Program-made: the position numbers and the translations under genes
Source: Candidatus Stahliibacteriota bacterium
GTDB lineage: Bacteria > Hydrothermota > UBA3072
DNA: 60,950 nt
NCBI GenBank assembly: GCA_030668705.1
Contig: DAOVFB010000001.1
Span: 1 to 60,950 of the forward strand
Direction of reading: 5' to 3'
The notes under the pieces: generated by a model
Seen by the model: the letters and a program-made list of their open reading frames with translations, nothing else
Database searches by the model: none
Told to the model about the DNA's origin: nothing
Shown: positions 27,364 through 36,418 of the stretch, one piece after another
How the letters are laid out: each line of letters begins with the position of its first letter
Position numbering within the stretch: the first letter of the stretch is position 1

Positions 27364-30300
27364 TTACCTCCCGATGGTGGGGTTTAACCTGCTGTATTCA
27401 TTAGCAGAATCTTTAAGGATTGATGATATATATTTCTTTTTTCTTGCAGGATTCATCTCTACCCCGGAAATTAGTCCTAAAGCGAGTCCATACTCCCTTT
27501 TATGTAAAGCAGCGTAATACCTGAGTAATTTTACTTCATCTGTTTGCTCTAACCTTGTTAATCTTTGATAAGCATTTGAATAATCGCAATTCTGTAGTTC
27601 TATTTTGCTAATTAAAATTTCTTTTTCATCACCCTCTGTATGTTTAATTTCCTCATACGCTTTTTCGTATTCTCTCAATTCGATATATAATTGGGCGCGT
27701 CTCTTGGGTGACTCTGAGATTGCAATCATATCATGCAGTATCTCTATACGTGAATCTTTTATCTCCTCTAGGGTAATCTCTACATCCTTTCCCAACCACC
27801 ATAACAGGGTCCCTTCTTTTCTTTCTGGATTTGATATTGAACTGAGGTAAAGTTTTGCCTTTTTTTGGTCTTTTGTTAAGAAGTAGAGATACCCTGCCTC
27901 TCTCATTGCCTCTTCATTATCTGGTGCCTGGTCAAGAAGTTGTTCGTAGAAAGGCAGGCGTTCACTAATGGCCAGTTGCTTTATATAATGTATAACCTCC
28001 TCCCAATTTGAGAGCACCAGGTTGATTTTTATGAGGAGGGGAAGCATTTCAGAGTCATCCGGGTCAATAATGTCCTTTAGTTTTTCTGCTACATCGGGAT
28101 ATTCCTTAAGTAAATATTCCGTTTCTGGTGCAGCTTTTTCTTTTTCACCTATTGAGTAATCTATCATGACATGAGACACTTGAAGTGGGAGAGGAATATT
28201 ATCCTTAAAAGCATTATCTATCTTCTGGGTGAGGAATTTTCCGCGTAGATTTGACCCATCAAAGTAAAAGTCTATTAAATTCACAAGTCGCGTATTTCGG
28301 CCTTCCTGATGGTAGACATCAAATAGCTTATCTACGAGTTCCTCTGATAAATCAAAGGAAGAGAAAAGGGATTCTATACCAGCCAGTGCTTTCTTCCTCT
28401 CGTCTTCATTCTTCCAATATGATTCAATGAAAGTCTTTAATGCCTCTTCTTTTCTTCCAAGTTTAGAAAATATGTTTCCCATTATTAATAATGCTTTATT
28501 GGCTATTTCGGGATCCTTATGGCCTTCCAGTGCTTTTAGTGCTTCTTCATTTAGACTTGGGTCAAATCGTAGACCTTTTTCTATTTCGGGAATACCAGTT
28601 TCGTCCCCCATCAGGAGTTTCGCTTTGCCATAATATATACGAAGTAAAGCGTCTATAGGTGCAATCTCAATTAATTTCTCATATTCTCCTACAATTATGT
28701 CAGCCATTGATGGTCTTTGATTCAAAACTTCATCCAGGCAAATAATACCCTTTCTCGCGTTTTCCTCTTCCTTGTATAGTTCGTAGAGAGACATTAAAAT
28801 ATCAGGTTCTGGAGTCCCTTTTTCTCGGACTTGCTCAAGTACTAATATCGCCTGGTCTATGAGCGAATTGCTAATACTCCAGGCTTTTTGTGCCAATTTT
28901 GAAGCCTCGCTATAATTTCCTACTTTAGCATTTGCCTTTGAAAGATTAAGCGATAATTCACCCTGCTCTTCAGCTTCAAGTGAAGAAAGTGCTTTTTTCC
29001 CCCACTTTATTGCTTCTTCATAGTACCCATTATCTAAGAGGATTTCTGTAAGAGTTTGATATAAATACTTATTGGCCTTTTTTGAATGAATATGCTTTAT
29101 AAGGAAAGATGTAATATTGCTGACGTCTTCAGGAAATTGTTTCGCAGCCATTTTAATCTCATTGCAACCCTTTTTATATTCACCTTTATGAAAATAGAGG
29201 GAGGAGATAGTTCTTCTTATTTCCTCTTTATCTCTGTATTTTTGAAGGTGCTCAATGAGGAAATTGAATCTCTCGGGTACTTCAGATAATGCTTCAATAT
29301 AGAATTTTTCTGCATTATCAAAATCTTCAGTGAGTCGTTTTAATTCTCCCAGGGCGAAAGGGTAAGTAAAAGGAGGGAAGTTCTTTCTATCGAGTAATTC
29401 ATAAAAGTATAAAAAGTTGGGGGCAAGATCGGGATTTCCCCTAACCCACCTGTCGAACTCCGTAAGCATAAGAGGTACGTAATCAGGTTCCTCAGCTAGA
29501 ATTTGATCGATACGCTGTGCAGCCTCTTCTGGCTCTTCTGGTATTCTAAACATTAAAGAGGTGAGTTTGACTTCTGTATTGTGTGGATTTTCTTTTTTGA
29601 GTTTATTCAGTTCTCCCTTTACTGTTTTTAATCCATCCGGCTTTTGAGCCAGGTCTTTGAATATGCCAAGAGCTTTGTCTACATCACCTTCTCTGGAGAG
29701 TAATTTCGCTTTCAATAAGAGAGCTTCTGCGGATTCTTTTGAATCCTTTATTATCTGGTCCAGTTTTTCTAATATCTCGGGAGCTCCAGAGGGGGCAATT
29801 TCAAAGGCTTTCTTCAGTTGTTTTACTGCTTCTTTCGTCCACCCCAGTTTCCTATAAATAGATGAAAGATAGAGATAGGGGTCAAGTTCATCTGGTAGTT
29901 TACCCTGAATCTTTTTTACTTTCTTCCCTATCTCTTCATCTGGTGAAATCAGAAGGGATGCGAGGAATTCCTGTAAGGATTCAGAATATCTTTTCTTTTT
30001 AAGATAAGCTTCAGCCAGATTCTTATGGAGTAAGGAATTGTCAGGATTCTTTTTTACCATCCTTTGATACTTTTTTATTGCTTCTTCAGTCTCGAACACT
30101 TCAATAAGCTTTATGGCATCTTCTTCTTTTCCTGATTCAATGTAAAGTTCACTCAAATAATCCAGTACTTCTTTGGATTTATCCTTGAATGAATCAAGGA
30201 TAGTGAAAGCTTCAGGAAACAGTTCTTCATTTCTATCCAGGGCGTCCCTTATTTTTGATATTCCTTCTTCATAGTTCTGAATCTTTAAGAGAACGTGTCC

Positions 30301-30921
30301 CAATCCAAAGAGGAGCCATTCATCGCCATAGCATTCCTGATTTGCACGTCTTAGTTCTCTTATCACTATTTCCAATTCTTCAGGGTGTTTTTCGATTATT
30401 TTGTTAAAAATGTCTACTGATTGTTTGCTTTCTTTTCCTTCGAGCGCAATGCAGAGGCTATAAAGATGTGAAAGATCTCTGCCTTTATATTTTTCCTTAT
30501 GTGCGAGGATATTATCTACAGTCCTCTGTTCCCGTTCCTGGAGGTTGTTTCTCCCCTCTGGCGTCATTTCCCTTAAGATATCATAAACATCCTCAAGATC
30601 CCTCTTTTCTGCCTTTTTTTCTATGAGATATTCTGCCAGCTGGTCGGGTTTACCTCTACCATAATATAAATCCTCCATTTCGCTAAGAACCTGCCGGGCG
30701 GCCTCAGCGGAAAGCATTTCTCCCTTCTTTGCCCACACTGTAACTTCATTCAGTTTGTCCATGATCAAATATGTATGCATAATCTCGAGTATGAGAGGGA
30801 GATCGGATTCCTCTTGGGTAAAGGCGTTTTTTAAAATTTCTACGGCTTTCGAGGGTTCTCCTTTTGAGGAGACTCTGCGAGCCTTATCTATTGTGTTGGA
30901 TTTATCGCCAAAGCTAAACAT
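27364..30921 (-). CDS. Very large TPR/helical-repeat protein (1185 aa), no signal peptide
   Basis: TPR-like A..Y..AL...P repeats run throughout. It is the first gene of an operon with 26397-27359, 26135-26422 and lpxH. Confidence 0.75.
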   Translation of the reverse strand: MFSFGDKSNTIDKARRVSSKGEPSKAVEILKNAFTQEESDLPLILEIMHTYLIMDKLNEVTVWAKKGEMLSAEAARQVLSEMEDLYYGRGKPDQLAEYLIEKKAEKRDLEDVYDILREMTPEGRNNLQEREQRTVDNILAHKEKYKGRDLSHLYSLCIALEGKESKQSVDIFNKIIEKHPEELEIVIRELRRANQECYGDEWLLFGLGHVLLKIQNYEEGISKIRDALDRNEELFPEAFTILDSFKDKSKEVLDYLSELYIESGKEEDAIKLIEVFETEEAIKKYQRMVKKNPDNSLLHKNLAEAYLKKKRYSESLQEFLASLLISPDEEIGKKVKKIQGKLPDELDPYLYLSSIYRKLGWTKEAVKQLKKAFEIAPSGAPEILEKLDQIIKDSKESAEALLLKAKLLSREGDVDKALGIFKDLAQKPDGLKTVKGELNKLKKENPHNTEVKLTSLMFRIPEEPEEAAQRIDQILAEEPDYVPLMLTEFDRWVRGNPDLAPNFLYFYELLDRKNFPPFTYPFALGELKRLTEDFDNAEKFYIEALSEVPERFNFLIEHLQKYRDKEEIRRTISSLYFHKGEYKKGCNEIKMAAKQFPEDVSNITSFLIKHIHSKKANKYLYQTLTEILLDNGYYEEAIKWGKKALSSLEAEEQGELSLNLSKANAKVGNYSEASKLAQKAWSISNSLIDQAILVLEQVREKGTPEPDILMSLYELYKEEENARKGIICLDEVLNQRPSMADIIVGEYEKLIEIAPIDALLRIYYGKAKLLMGDETGIPEIEKGLRFDPSLNEEALKALEGHKDPEIANKALLIMGNIFSKLGRKEEALKTFIESYWKNEDERKKALAGIESLFSSFDLSEELVDKLFDVYHQEGRNTRLVNLIDFYFDGSNLRGKFLTQKIDNAFKDNIPLPLQVSHVMIDYSIGEKEKAAPETEYLLKEYPDVAEKLKDIIDPDDSEMLPLLIKINLVLSNWEEVIHYIKQLAISERLPFYEQLLDQAPDNEEAMREAGYLYFLTKDQKKAKLYLSSISNPERKEGTLLWWLGKDVEITLEEIKDSRIEILHDMIAISESPKRRAQLYIELREYEKAYEEIKHTEGDEKEILISKIELQNCDYSNAYQRLTRLEQTDEVKLLRYYAALHKREYGLALGLISGVEMNPARKKKYISSILKDSANEYSRLNPTIGR

Positions 30922-30936
30922 AATGATTTATAAAAG

Positions 30937-30964
30937 ATTATAATAAAAATTGACAGCAAGTCAA
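30937..30964 (-). promoter_or_regulatory. Near-consensus sigma70 promoter of the TPR-lpxH operon
   Basis: On the minus strand: TTGACT (30964-30959), 16-nt spacer, TATAAT (30942-30937), 15 nt, then ATG at 30921. No Shine-Dalgarno sequence. Confidence 0.65.
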
Positions 30965-31011
30965 GAGTTTTTAGTGCTACATTACTATATGGAAAACAGT
31001 TTTTACGACTT

Positions 31012-31650
31012 TTAAATACTATCGAGAGTCCGTGTAATTACTCTACCCAGTTCAATAAGTTCGTTGATCTTTCTATACTCATCTGGAATATTGATTGTGA
31101 GTAGGAGAAAAGAATCGGTTTCTGCTTCCCAGGGGATGAACATTGTTTTCGCATCTTCTCCGTTAAGGAAAAAAAGATTTTCAGGTTGCACAGATAGTAT
31201 ATATGCTATAACTCGCCTATTTAGTAATTCTTTTTTGAAATTTTCATCAGAACCCCTGATATCATATGTTTCTTCAATGTTAAACTGATTTACTCCTGTG
31301 GTTTTAGTTAATAGTTTCTTGTATGGTAACCTGAATTTCTTCTGAAAGCTAAAAGTCTTATCAATCCTGGTATGGTCAATAGCAATTAACAATGCCAGGC
31401 TCTCTTTTGCTCCTCCGGAGATAGGCAAATATATTAAAAAAGCGTTATGATTATGGATACGTAGGGATAAATACAACTGCTTTCCATCTTCAGTTTCTTT
31501 TAGGGATAACCCGAGTCTCCTTGAGTATTCCTTCAGGTTTTTGTTTCTTGTTTCTTTTTTCTTTTTATCAATCAACTTCTTTATAATCACTATTAATAAT
31601 TGGAACAATATAAAAGCGGGGAGTATAAAGTTCTTAAATTTCTCCATCAT
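31012..31650 (-). CDS. Hypothetical single-pass membrane protein
   Basis: I chose the start at MMEKFKNFILPAFILFQLLIVII (31650) because of the abutting promoter. The ORF is open to 31824 but would then run across the divergent pilin-like gene start. I recognise no family. Confidence 0.6.
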   Translation of the reverse strand: MMEKFKNFILPAFILFQLLIVIIKKLIDKKKKETRNKNLKEYSRRLGLSLKETEDGKQLYLSLRIHNHNAFLIYLPISGGAKESLALLIAIDHTRIDKTFSFQKKFRLPYKKLLTKTTGVNQFNIEETYDIRGSDENFKKELLNRRVIAYILSVQPENLFFLNGEDAKTMFIPWEAETDSFLLLTINIPDEYRKINELIELGRVITRTLDSI

Positions 31651-31685
31651 AAGTGAAGTATATAATGATACAGGTATCCAGTCAA
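31651..31685 (-). promoter_or_regulatory. Sigma70-type promoter in the leaderless layout for the 31650 gene
   Basis: On the minus strand: TTGACT (31685-31680), 17-nt spacer, TATACT (31662-31657), 6 nt, then ATG at 31650. Confidence 0.5.
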
Positions 31686-31756
31686 CCCTTTTTAAGAAAT
31701 TCCCTCTTGACACATTACAATATTCCGTTATTCTCATCCTAAAAGGAGGAATACTA

Positions 31757-32263
31757 ATGAATAAAACGGTACTGCGAACGCTTGATTTATTAATAGTTAT
31801 TGCCTTTATTTCTTTACTGTACATTGTAATTAAACCTCAGTATAATCAGGGAAAGATAAATGAGAATAGTTGTAAGCTCCAATCTAATATGTTTACGGTT
31901 AAAGCTGGGGTTGAGAGGTATGTTGCGTTTAATAATGGGAATTATCCCTGCAATTTAGAGCAGATTTATGAAAATTTAGAGGGACTGGAGATACCCGTTA
32001 ATCCGTACACCAATGAAAAAATGACCATTTATGACCTCGTGCAATTTAAATATAGTGTCCCTGGTGATGTCGAAGATGATATGCTGGATGGGGTAAACGG
32101 TATACAAGCTGGGGAACCGGGACAGATTGGGGTTGGTTTCTTTATTCCAATTGGTAAAGATTCTATTCCCACAAAATATGGAATAATAGGATTTGACAGA
32201 AATGGGAAGCCACTCATTCTGGAGGAAGGGAAGAAAAAAAGAGTTGTAGTCTTGAGTGGCTAA
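31757..32263 (+). CDS. Type IV pilin / T2SS pseudopilin-like protein with a degenerate prepilin motif
   Basis: The ATG at 31757 follows AAAGGAGGA. N-terminus MNKTVLRTLDLLIVIAFISLLYIV resembles GFTLIELLIVIAII but has V at -1 and D at +5. The C..NM...A.E.Y....G.YP block is typical of pseudopilins. Confidence 0.6.
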   Translation: MNKTVLRTLDLLIVIAFISLLYIVIKPQYNQGKINENSCKLQSNMFTVKAGVERYVAFNNGNYPCNLEQIYENLEGLEIPVNPYTNEKMTIYDLVQFKYSVPGDVEDDMLDGVNGIQAGEPGQIGVGFFIPIGKDSIPTKYGIIGFDRNGKPLILEEGKKKRVVVLSG

Positions 32264-32274
32264 ATTTTGTGTAG

Positions 32275-33153
32275 TTGGATCTTTTAAAACCTGAAATAAT
32301 AGAAGAAGTAGGTTCCCTTAATCTTAGAGCACGCCTGGTGGTCGAAGGGTTTCTTATTGGTCTACATCAAAGTCCTTTTCATGGTTTTTCGCTTGAGTTT
32401 CATGAGCATCGTCCCTATTATCCAGGAGACCCTATAAACAGGATTAATTGGAAACTCTATGGACGAACAGATAGATATTATCTGAGAAAATATCAAGCCG
32501 AGACAAATCTGTCTGCTTATCTTCTTTTGGATAAGAGTAAATCAATGGATTATGGTGGAAAGATAACCAAATTTCATTATGCAAGGACTCTTGCGGCGAG
32601 TCTTGCATATCTTTTGTTACACCAAAATGACTCGGTAGGACTTGTTGTGTTTGATAGAGGGGTAAAAACCTTCCTGCCGCCCAAAAGCAGACTCACTCAT
32701 CTTAAGCTCTTGTTAAAAGACCTTGCTAATGCAGAACCTTCAGAGAAAACTTCCATTTCCGATGTAATCTTTAATATTGCTCCCATGATAAAAAGAAGGA
32801 GCCTGATAATAGTGTTCTCTGATTTGCTTGAAGACCCAGATGAAGTGATAAAGGCTTTCAGACTTATAAGGGTAAGGAAGAACGAAGTTATAGTGTTTCA
32901 CATTCTAGATAGAGATGAAAGGGAATTTGAGTTTACGGAGCAAGCACTCTATAGAGATATGGAGGATTATACTACTATTCCAGTGAATCCTTTAAATATA
33001 AAAGAATTATATCGAAATAGATTCAATGAGTTCCTTAAGCTATACAGATCAGGATTTGCACACAACAGAATTGATTATTCCCTTATCACAACCGACACCC
33101 CTTACAATAAAGCACTAAGAAAGTACTTGAGTAAGAGGAAACGTCTTTCATGA
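32275..33153 (+). CDS. DUF58 domain protein (vWA-like, usually partnered with a MoxR ATPase)
   Basis: 292 aa with SPFHGFSLEFHEHRPYYPGDPINRINWK and LLLDKSKSM (MIDAS-like) blocks. TTG start. Confidence 0.85.
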   Translation: MDLLKPEIIEEVGSLNLRARLVVEGFLIGLHQSPFHGFSLEFHEHRPYYPGDPINRINWKLYGRTDRYYLRKYQAETNLSAYLLLDKSKSMDYGGKITKFHYARTLAASLAYLLLHQNDSVGLVVFDRGVKTFLPPKSRLTHLKLLLKDLANAEPSEKTSISDVIFNIAPMIKRRSLIIVFSDLLEDPDEVIKAFRLIRVRKNEVIVFHILDRDEREFEFTEQALYRDMEDYTTIPVNPLNIKELYRNRFNEFLKLYRSGFAHNRIDYSLITTDTPYNKALRKYLSKRKRLS

Positions 33154-34760
33154 GTTTTCCGCATTTTCTCCTTTTATTTTTTCTTATTCCCATTCCGATT
33201 ATATTCCATTTTATATCCAAAAGATTCTTGCGCACCAAGGACTTTCCATCGCTACTCTTTGTTTTGAAAAGCGATAGGAAGCTACTACGATGGTTTCGGC
33301 TCCGAAGATTACTGCTTCTTCTTCTCCGGATAGGAATCATTACTTCTTTGATATTTGCCGCTTCTAATCTACTTATCCCCTTCGCTTTTCCGGACTTAGA
33401 TCGAAAGGTTATTCTGGATCAGTCCCTTTCTATGAGAGAAAGGAATATATCGCATAAATCTTGTGTGGTTGTTCCTAATAAGGGTGGAACTCCTCTTATA
33501 TATAAAGCTGTCAGGATATATCCTATGGGCATACTCGTTACTGATGCACAGAGGAATGGGTTTAAAGAGTTATTCATAAAAGGTGATAGGTACCCGGGAA
33601 TTGATTTAGAGAAAATCCCTATGCCTGATGGGAATATTGGCATCATTGATCACCAGATTGGGTCCCCTTTTAGAGGAGATAAAGTTGATATACTGTTTAC
33701 CATTTTGAATCAGTATAAAGATTCAAGGAATATTCGTCTTTCATTATATATAGATAATAGTGAATTAGATAAAAAAAACCTTCTCCTCCATACCGGGACA
33801 AATGAGGTAAAGTTCAGTATACATTTAAAAGAGGGTTCACACAGTGGTGCTCTTATGGTAGATGATGAGGATGGTTTTGAATTTGATAATATCAGGTACT
33901 TCACTCTTTTCGTATTACCTGTGACGAAAATTGTCATATATTCTACTCGATATCCAGAGAAACTTCTTGCTGCCCTACATTCTCCCTCCTTTCAAGTGAA
34001 ATGGATAAAGGAACAGCCAGGAAAAATAGAGGGAGATATATTTATTTCGGAGTGTATATGCCTGGATGCGATATCAAAGATTGTGAAGGATTCAATACCT
34101 GGCATTATTTGTATTTCGGGGAGGGATAAATGTCCTTATGCAATGGAAATTCCGGATAGGATTTCAAAGATAGCCAATCTTTCCGGTTTTTCGTCTTTTT
34201 CAGAATTGCAGAGTCTTAGTGATATTCCAATACGCTACGATTGCCGCCCTACTCCCGGCAGAACACTCCTGTATTTCGAGAATGGAGATCCTTTTCTTAA
34301 GAGAACTGGAAATGTTTTGCTTTTGCCTGTGACTATGGAGGAATCGGATTTATCGCTCCATCCTGTTTTTATTCCTTTTCTCTATGAACTTATTGCTTAT
34401 CTCCTGAAGGGGGATTACGATAACGATATATTGATGGATGAACCGGTTGTTATAAAGGCCTCATCCGAGCCCGTTGTTATTACCCCAAATAATAAAAGAT
34501 ATAAACCGACTTCAATAGGAGATAATAGATATTTATTCACGCAGACCGGGAAGCCAGGGATATATCGGGTATCTCCTGGAACTTCTGAAGAGAGATGCAT
34601 ATCTGTTAATCCGTACCCCTCTGAATCGATGTTGGATACATTAAAGGCGCAGGAATCCGCAAATCTATTCGGAAGAGGAAACTATCACAACGGTGCAACC
34701 TTTTTCCTGGTAATGTCATTTTTATTATATTCCCTGTCGATAGTACTTGAAAGGAAGTAA
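33150..34760 (+). CDS. BatA-N (aerotolerance-regulator N-terminal) domain membrane protein
   Basis: 536 aa. The N-terminal double-TM FPHFLLLFFLIPIPIIFHFI...LRRLLLLLLRIGIIT is typical of the BatA_N domain, followed by a large extracytoplasmic region and a C-terminal TM. The start overlaps the DUF58 stop. Confidence 0.7.
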   Translation: MSFPHFLLLFFLIPIPIIFHFISKRFLRTKDFPSLLFVLKSDRKLLRWFRLRRLLLLLLRIGIITSLIFAASNLLIPFAFPDLDRKVILDQSLSMRERNISHKSCVVVPNKGGTPLIYKAVRIYPMGILVTDAQRNGFKELFIKGDRYPGIDLEKIPMPDGNIGIIDHQIGSPFRGDKVDILFTILNQYKDSRNIRLSLYIDNSELDKKNLLLHTGTNEVKFSIHLKEGSHSGALMVDDEDGFEFDNIRYFTLFVLPVTKIVIYSTRYPEKLLAALHSPSFQVKWIKEQPGKIEGDIFISECICLDAISKIVKDSIPGIICISGRDKCPYAMEIPDRISKIANLSGFSSFSELQSLSDIPIRYDCRPTPGRTLLYFENGDPFLKRTGNVLLLPVTMEESDLSLHPVFIPFLYELIAYLLKGDYDNDILMDEPVVIKASSEPVVITPNNKRYKPTSIGDNRYLFTQTGKPGIYRVSPGTSEERCISVNPYPSESMLDTLKAQESANLFGRGNYHNGATFFLVMSFLLYSLSIVLERK

Positions 34761-34764
34761 TTAA

Positions 34765-34905
34765 AAAGAGTAGCCACAGAGACACAGAGGACACAGAGAA
34801 AGATTGTATCGTTAGGAGGAGAAAGAGTAGCCACAGAGACAGGAGAGGACACAGAGAAGAAGGAACAGGGATAAGAATTAGATTGAGTAGAAGGGGCACA
34901 GAGGA
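34765..34905 (+). repeat. Three spaced copies of a CACAGAG-rich ~33-nt unit (period 57-59 bp)
   Basis: GAGTAGCCACAGAGACACAGAGGACACAGAGAA starts at 34768. GAGTAGCCACAGAGACAGGAGAGGACACAGAGAA starts at 34825. A degenerate GAGTAGAAGGGGCACAGAGGAAAAA starts at 34884. Confidence 0.8.
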
Positions 34906-34946
34906 AAAATAATAAAATAATTGAAAAGAATTAAGTAGGAGGTGAT

Positions 34947-36269
34947 ATGGACAAGATTTCAGTCTGGAAGGATGTAGATAATAGGAAGAAGATTCTAAAA
35001 TTCGCCGAAGGTTATATTGCATTTCTTAATAAGAATAAAACCGAAAGAGAAATTGTGAAATCTTCTATAGAAATGCTATCTAAAGACAAAGGATTCCTTG
35101 TTAAGAATATAAAAAACAAGGCTCTGGTTGCGGCAAAACCATCAAAGGATATTCTGGACAAAGGTATGAGGATCATAGCTTCCCATATAGATTCCCCACG
35201 GATAGATCTAAAACCCACTCCTTTGTATGAAAAACAGGATTTGGTTTTATTGAAGACTCACTACTATGGAAGTATAAGGAAATATCAATGGCTTTCAATC
35301 CCCCTGGCAATACACGGTGTGGTGGTGACAGAAGCTGGGAAGGTAAAGGAAATAGTAATAGGGGAGGATGATAAGGATCCAGTCTTTACTATTCCTGATT
35401 TATTACCCCACCTTTCTAAAAAGCAAGATGAGAAAAAGATAAAGGAATTTGCAGAAGGAGAGGAGTTGAACGTCCTCTTTGGTTCCATACCTAAGGCTGA
35501 TGAAAAAGAGGATCCCGCACTTAAGAATATTCTGGATTTACTCAAGGGTAAATATGGGATTCTCGAGGAAGATCTTATCAGTGCTGAATTGGAGCTTGTC
35601 CCATCCTGGAAGGCAAGAAGTATAGGTCTTGATGAGAGCCTCATTGGAGCATATGCTCATGACGACCGGGTCTGTGCTTATGCTTCTTTGAAGGCTATAC
35701 TTTCCGTAGAGAAGTTCCAGAAAGTTCCGGCTATTATTCTCTTCGATAAGGAAGAAATTGGTTCTGAAGGTAATACTGGCGCTCGCTCCGAGATTGTTTC
35801 AGACTTCATTATGGATGTTCTGAAATCAGTGGATGTCGTTCCTGCCTATCGTAACATAAGGCGAGTTATAGAAAAATCGTCAGTTATCTCTGCTGATGTA
35901 AATGTGGGGATTCACCCTACTTATCCTGAGGTTCTGGATGAATATAATGCGGCTAAGATAGGTTCTGGCCTTGTTTTAACTAAGTATACAGGAGTTAAGG
36001 GGAAGGCAGGTAGCAGTGACGCCAGTGCTGAATTTGTGGCAGAGCTAAGGAGTATTTATAATAAAGCCGGTGTTAGATGGCAAATTGGTGAGTTGGGTAA
36101 AGTGGATCTTGGTGGAGGTGGGACCGTGGCTAAATTCTTAGCACAACTTGGATTTCAGGTTATCGATTCCGGCCCTCCTGTACTTGCAATGCATTCGCCA
36201 TTTGAAATAGTAAGCAAAGGAGATCTTTTTCATACCTATAGAGGATATAAAGCCTTTCTGGAAGCATAA
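34947..36269 (+). CDS. M18 family aminopeptidase
   Basis: 440 aa with SHIDSPRIDLKP, AYAHDDRVCAY and FDKEEIGSEG blocks. AGGAGG Shine-Dalgarno sequence. Confidence 0.85.
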   Translation: MDKISVWKDVDNRKKILKFAEGYIAFLNKNKTEREIVKSSIEMLSKDKGFLVKNIKNKALVAAKPSKDILDKGMRIIASHIDSPRIDLKPTPLYEKQDLVLLKTHYYGSIRKYQWLSIPLAIHGVVVTEAGKVKEIVIGEDDKDPVFTIPDLLPHLSKKQDEKKIKEFAEGEELNVLFGSIPKADEKEDPALKNILDLLKGKYGILEEDLISAELELVPSWKARSIGLDESLIGAYAHDDRVCAYASLKAILSVEKFQKVPAIILFDKEEIGSEGNTGARSEIVSDFIMDVLKSVDVVPAYRNIRRVIEKSSVISADVNVGIHPTYPEVLDEYNAAKIGSGLVLTKYTGVKGKAGSSDASAEFVAELRSIYNKAGVRWQIGELGKVDLGGGGTVAKFLAQLGFQVIDSGPPVLAMHSPFEIVSKGDLFHTYRGYKAFLEA

Positions 36270-36351
36270 TGATGAACTAACACACCAACCCTATCTTTGC
36301 GAGAAATAAAATGATAGAATATGTAATGAAAGTGTGGGAATGGAGTAAACC

Positions 36352-36379
36352 TTGACAAGTGATAATAGAGGATTAATAT
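36352..36379 (+). promoter_or_regulatory. Sigma70-type promoter of the cysD-cysN-tauE... operon
   Basis: TTGACA (36352-36357), 16-nt spacer, TAATAT (36374-36379). Confidence 0.6.
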
Positions 36380-36418
36380 AGCAGCAGAGCTGAGTTTATG
36401 AAAAACGAGGAGGTTGGA

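Noticed and set aside
31541-31756. The long N-terminal extension of the pilin-like ORF (start at 31541). The same applies to the 5' extensions of the GT4 ORF (46993-47157), the YfhO-like ORF (48231-48296) and the rpsP ORF (54815-54946).
   Set aside because: The extensions lack homology and overlap neighbouring genes or pseudogenes. Internal starts have good ribosome-binding sites or stop/start coupling and give family-typical N-termini.
34765-34905. Possible mini-CRISPR array: three ~33-nt repeats with a 57-59 bp period.
   Set aside because: The repeats are degenerate, the third strongly so. The spacers are only about 24 nt and purine-rich like the repeats. The repeat is low-complexity (CACAGAG), there are no cas genes in the window, and the same motif occurs singly at 347-358.
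34606-35022. 138-aa minus-strand ORF spanning the BatA-N gene end, the CACAGAG repeats and the aminopeptidase start.
   Set aside because: It overlaps two well-supported genes on the other strand. Its middle is a translation of the repeats (LCPLLSLWLLFLLL...).
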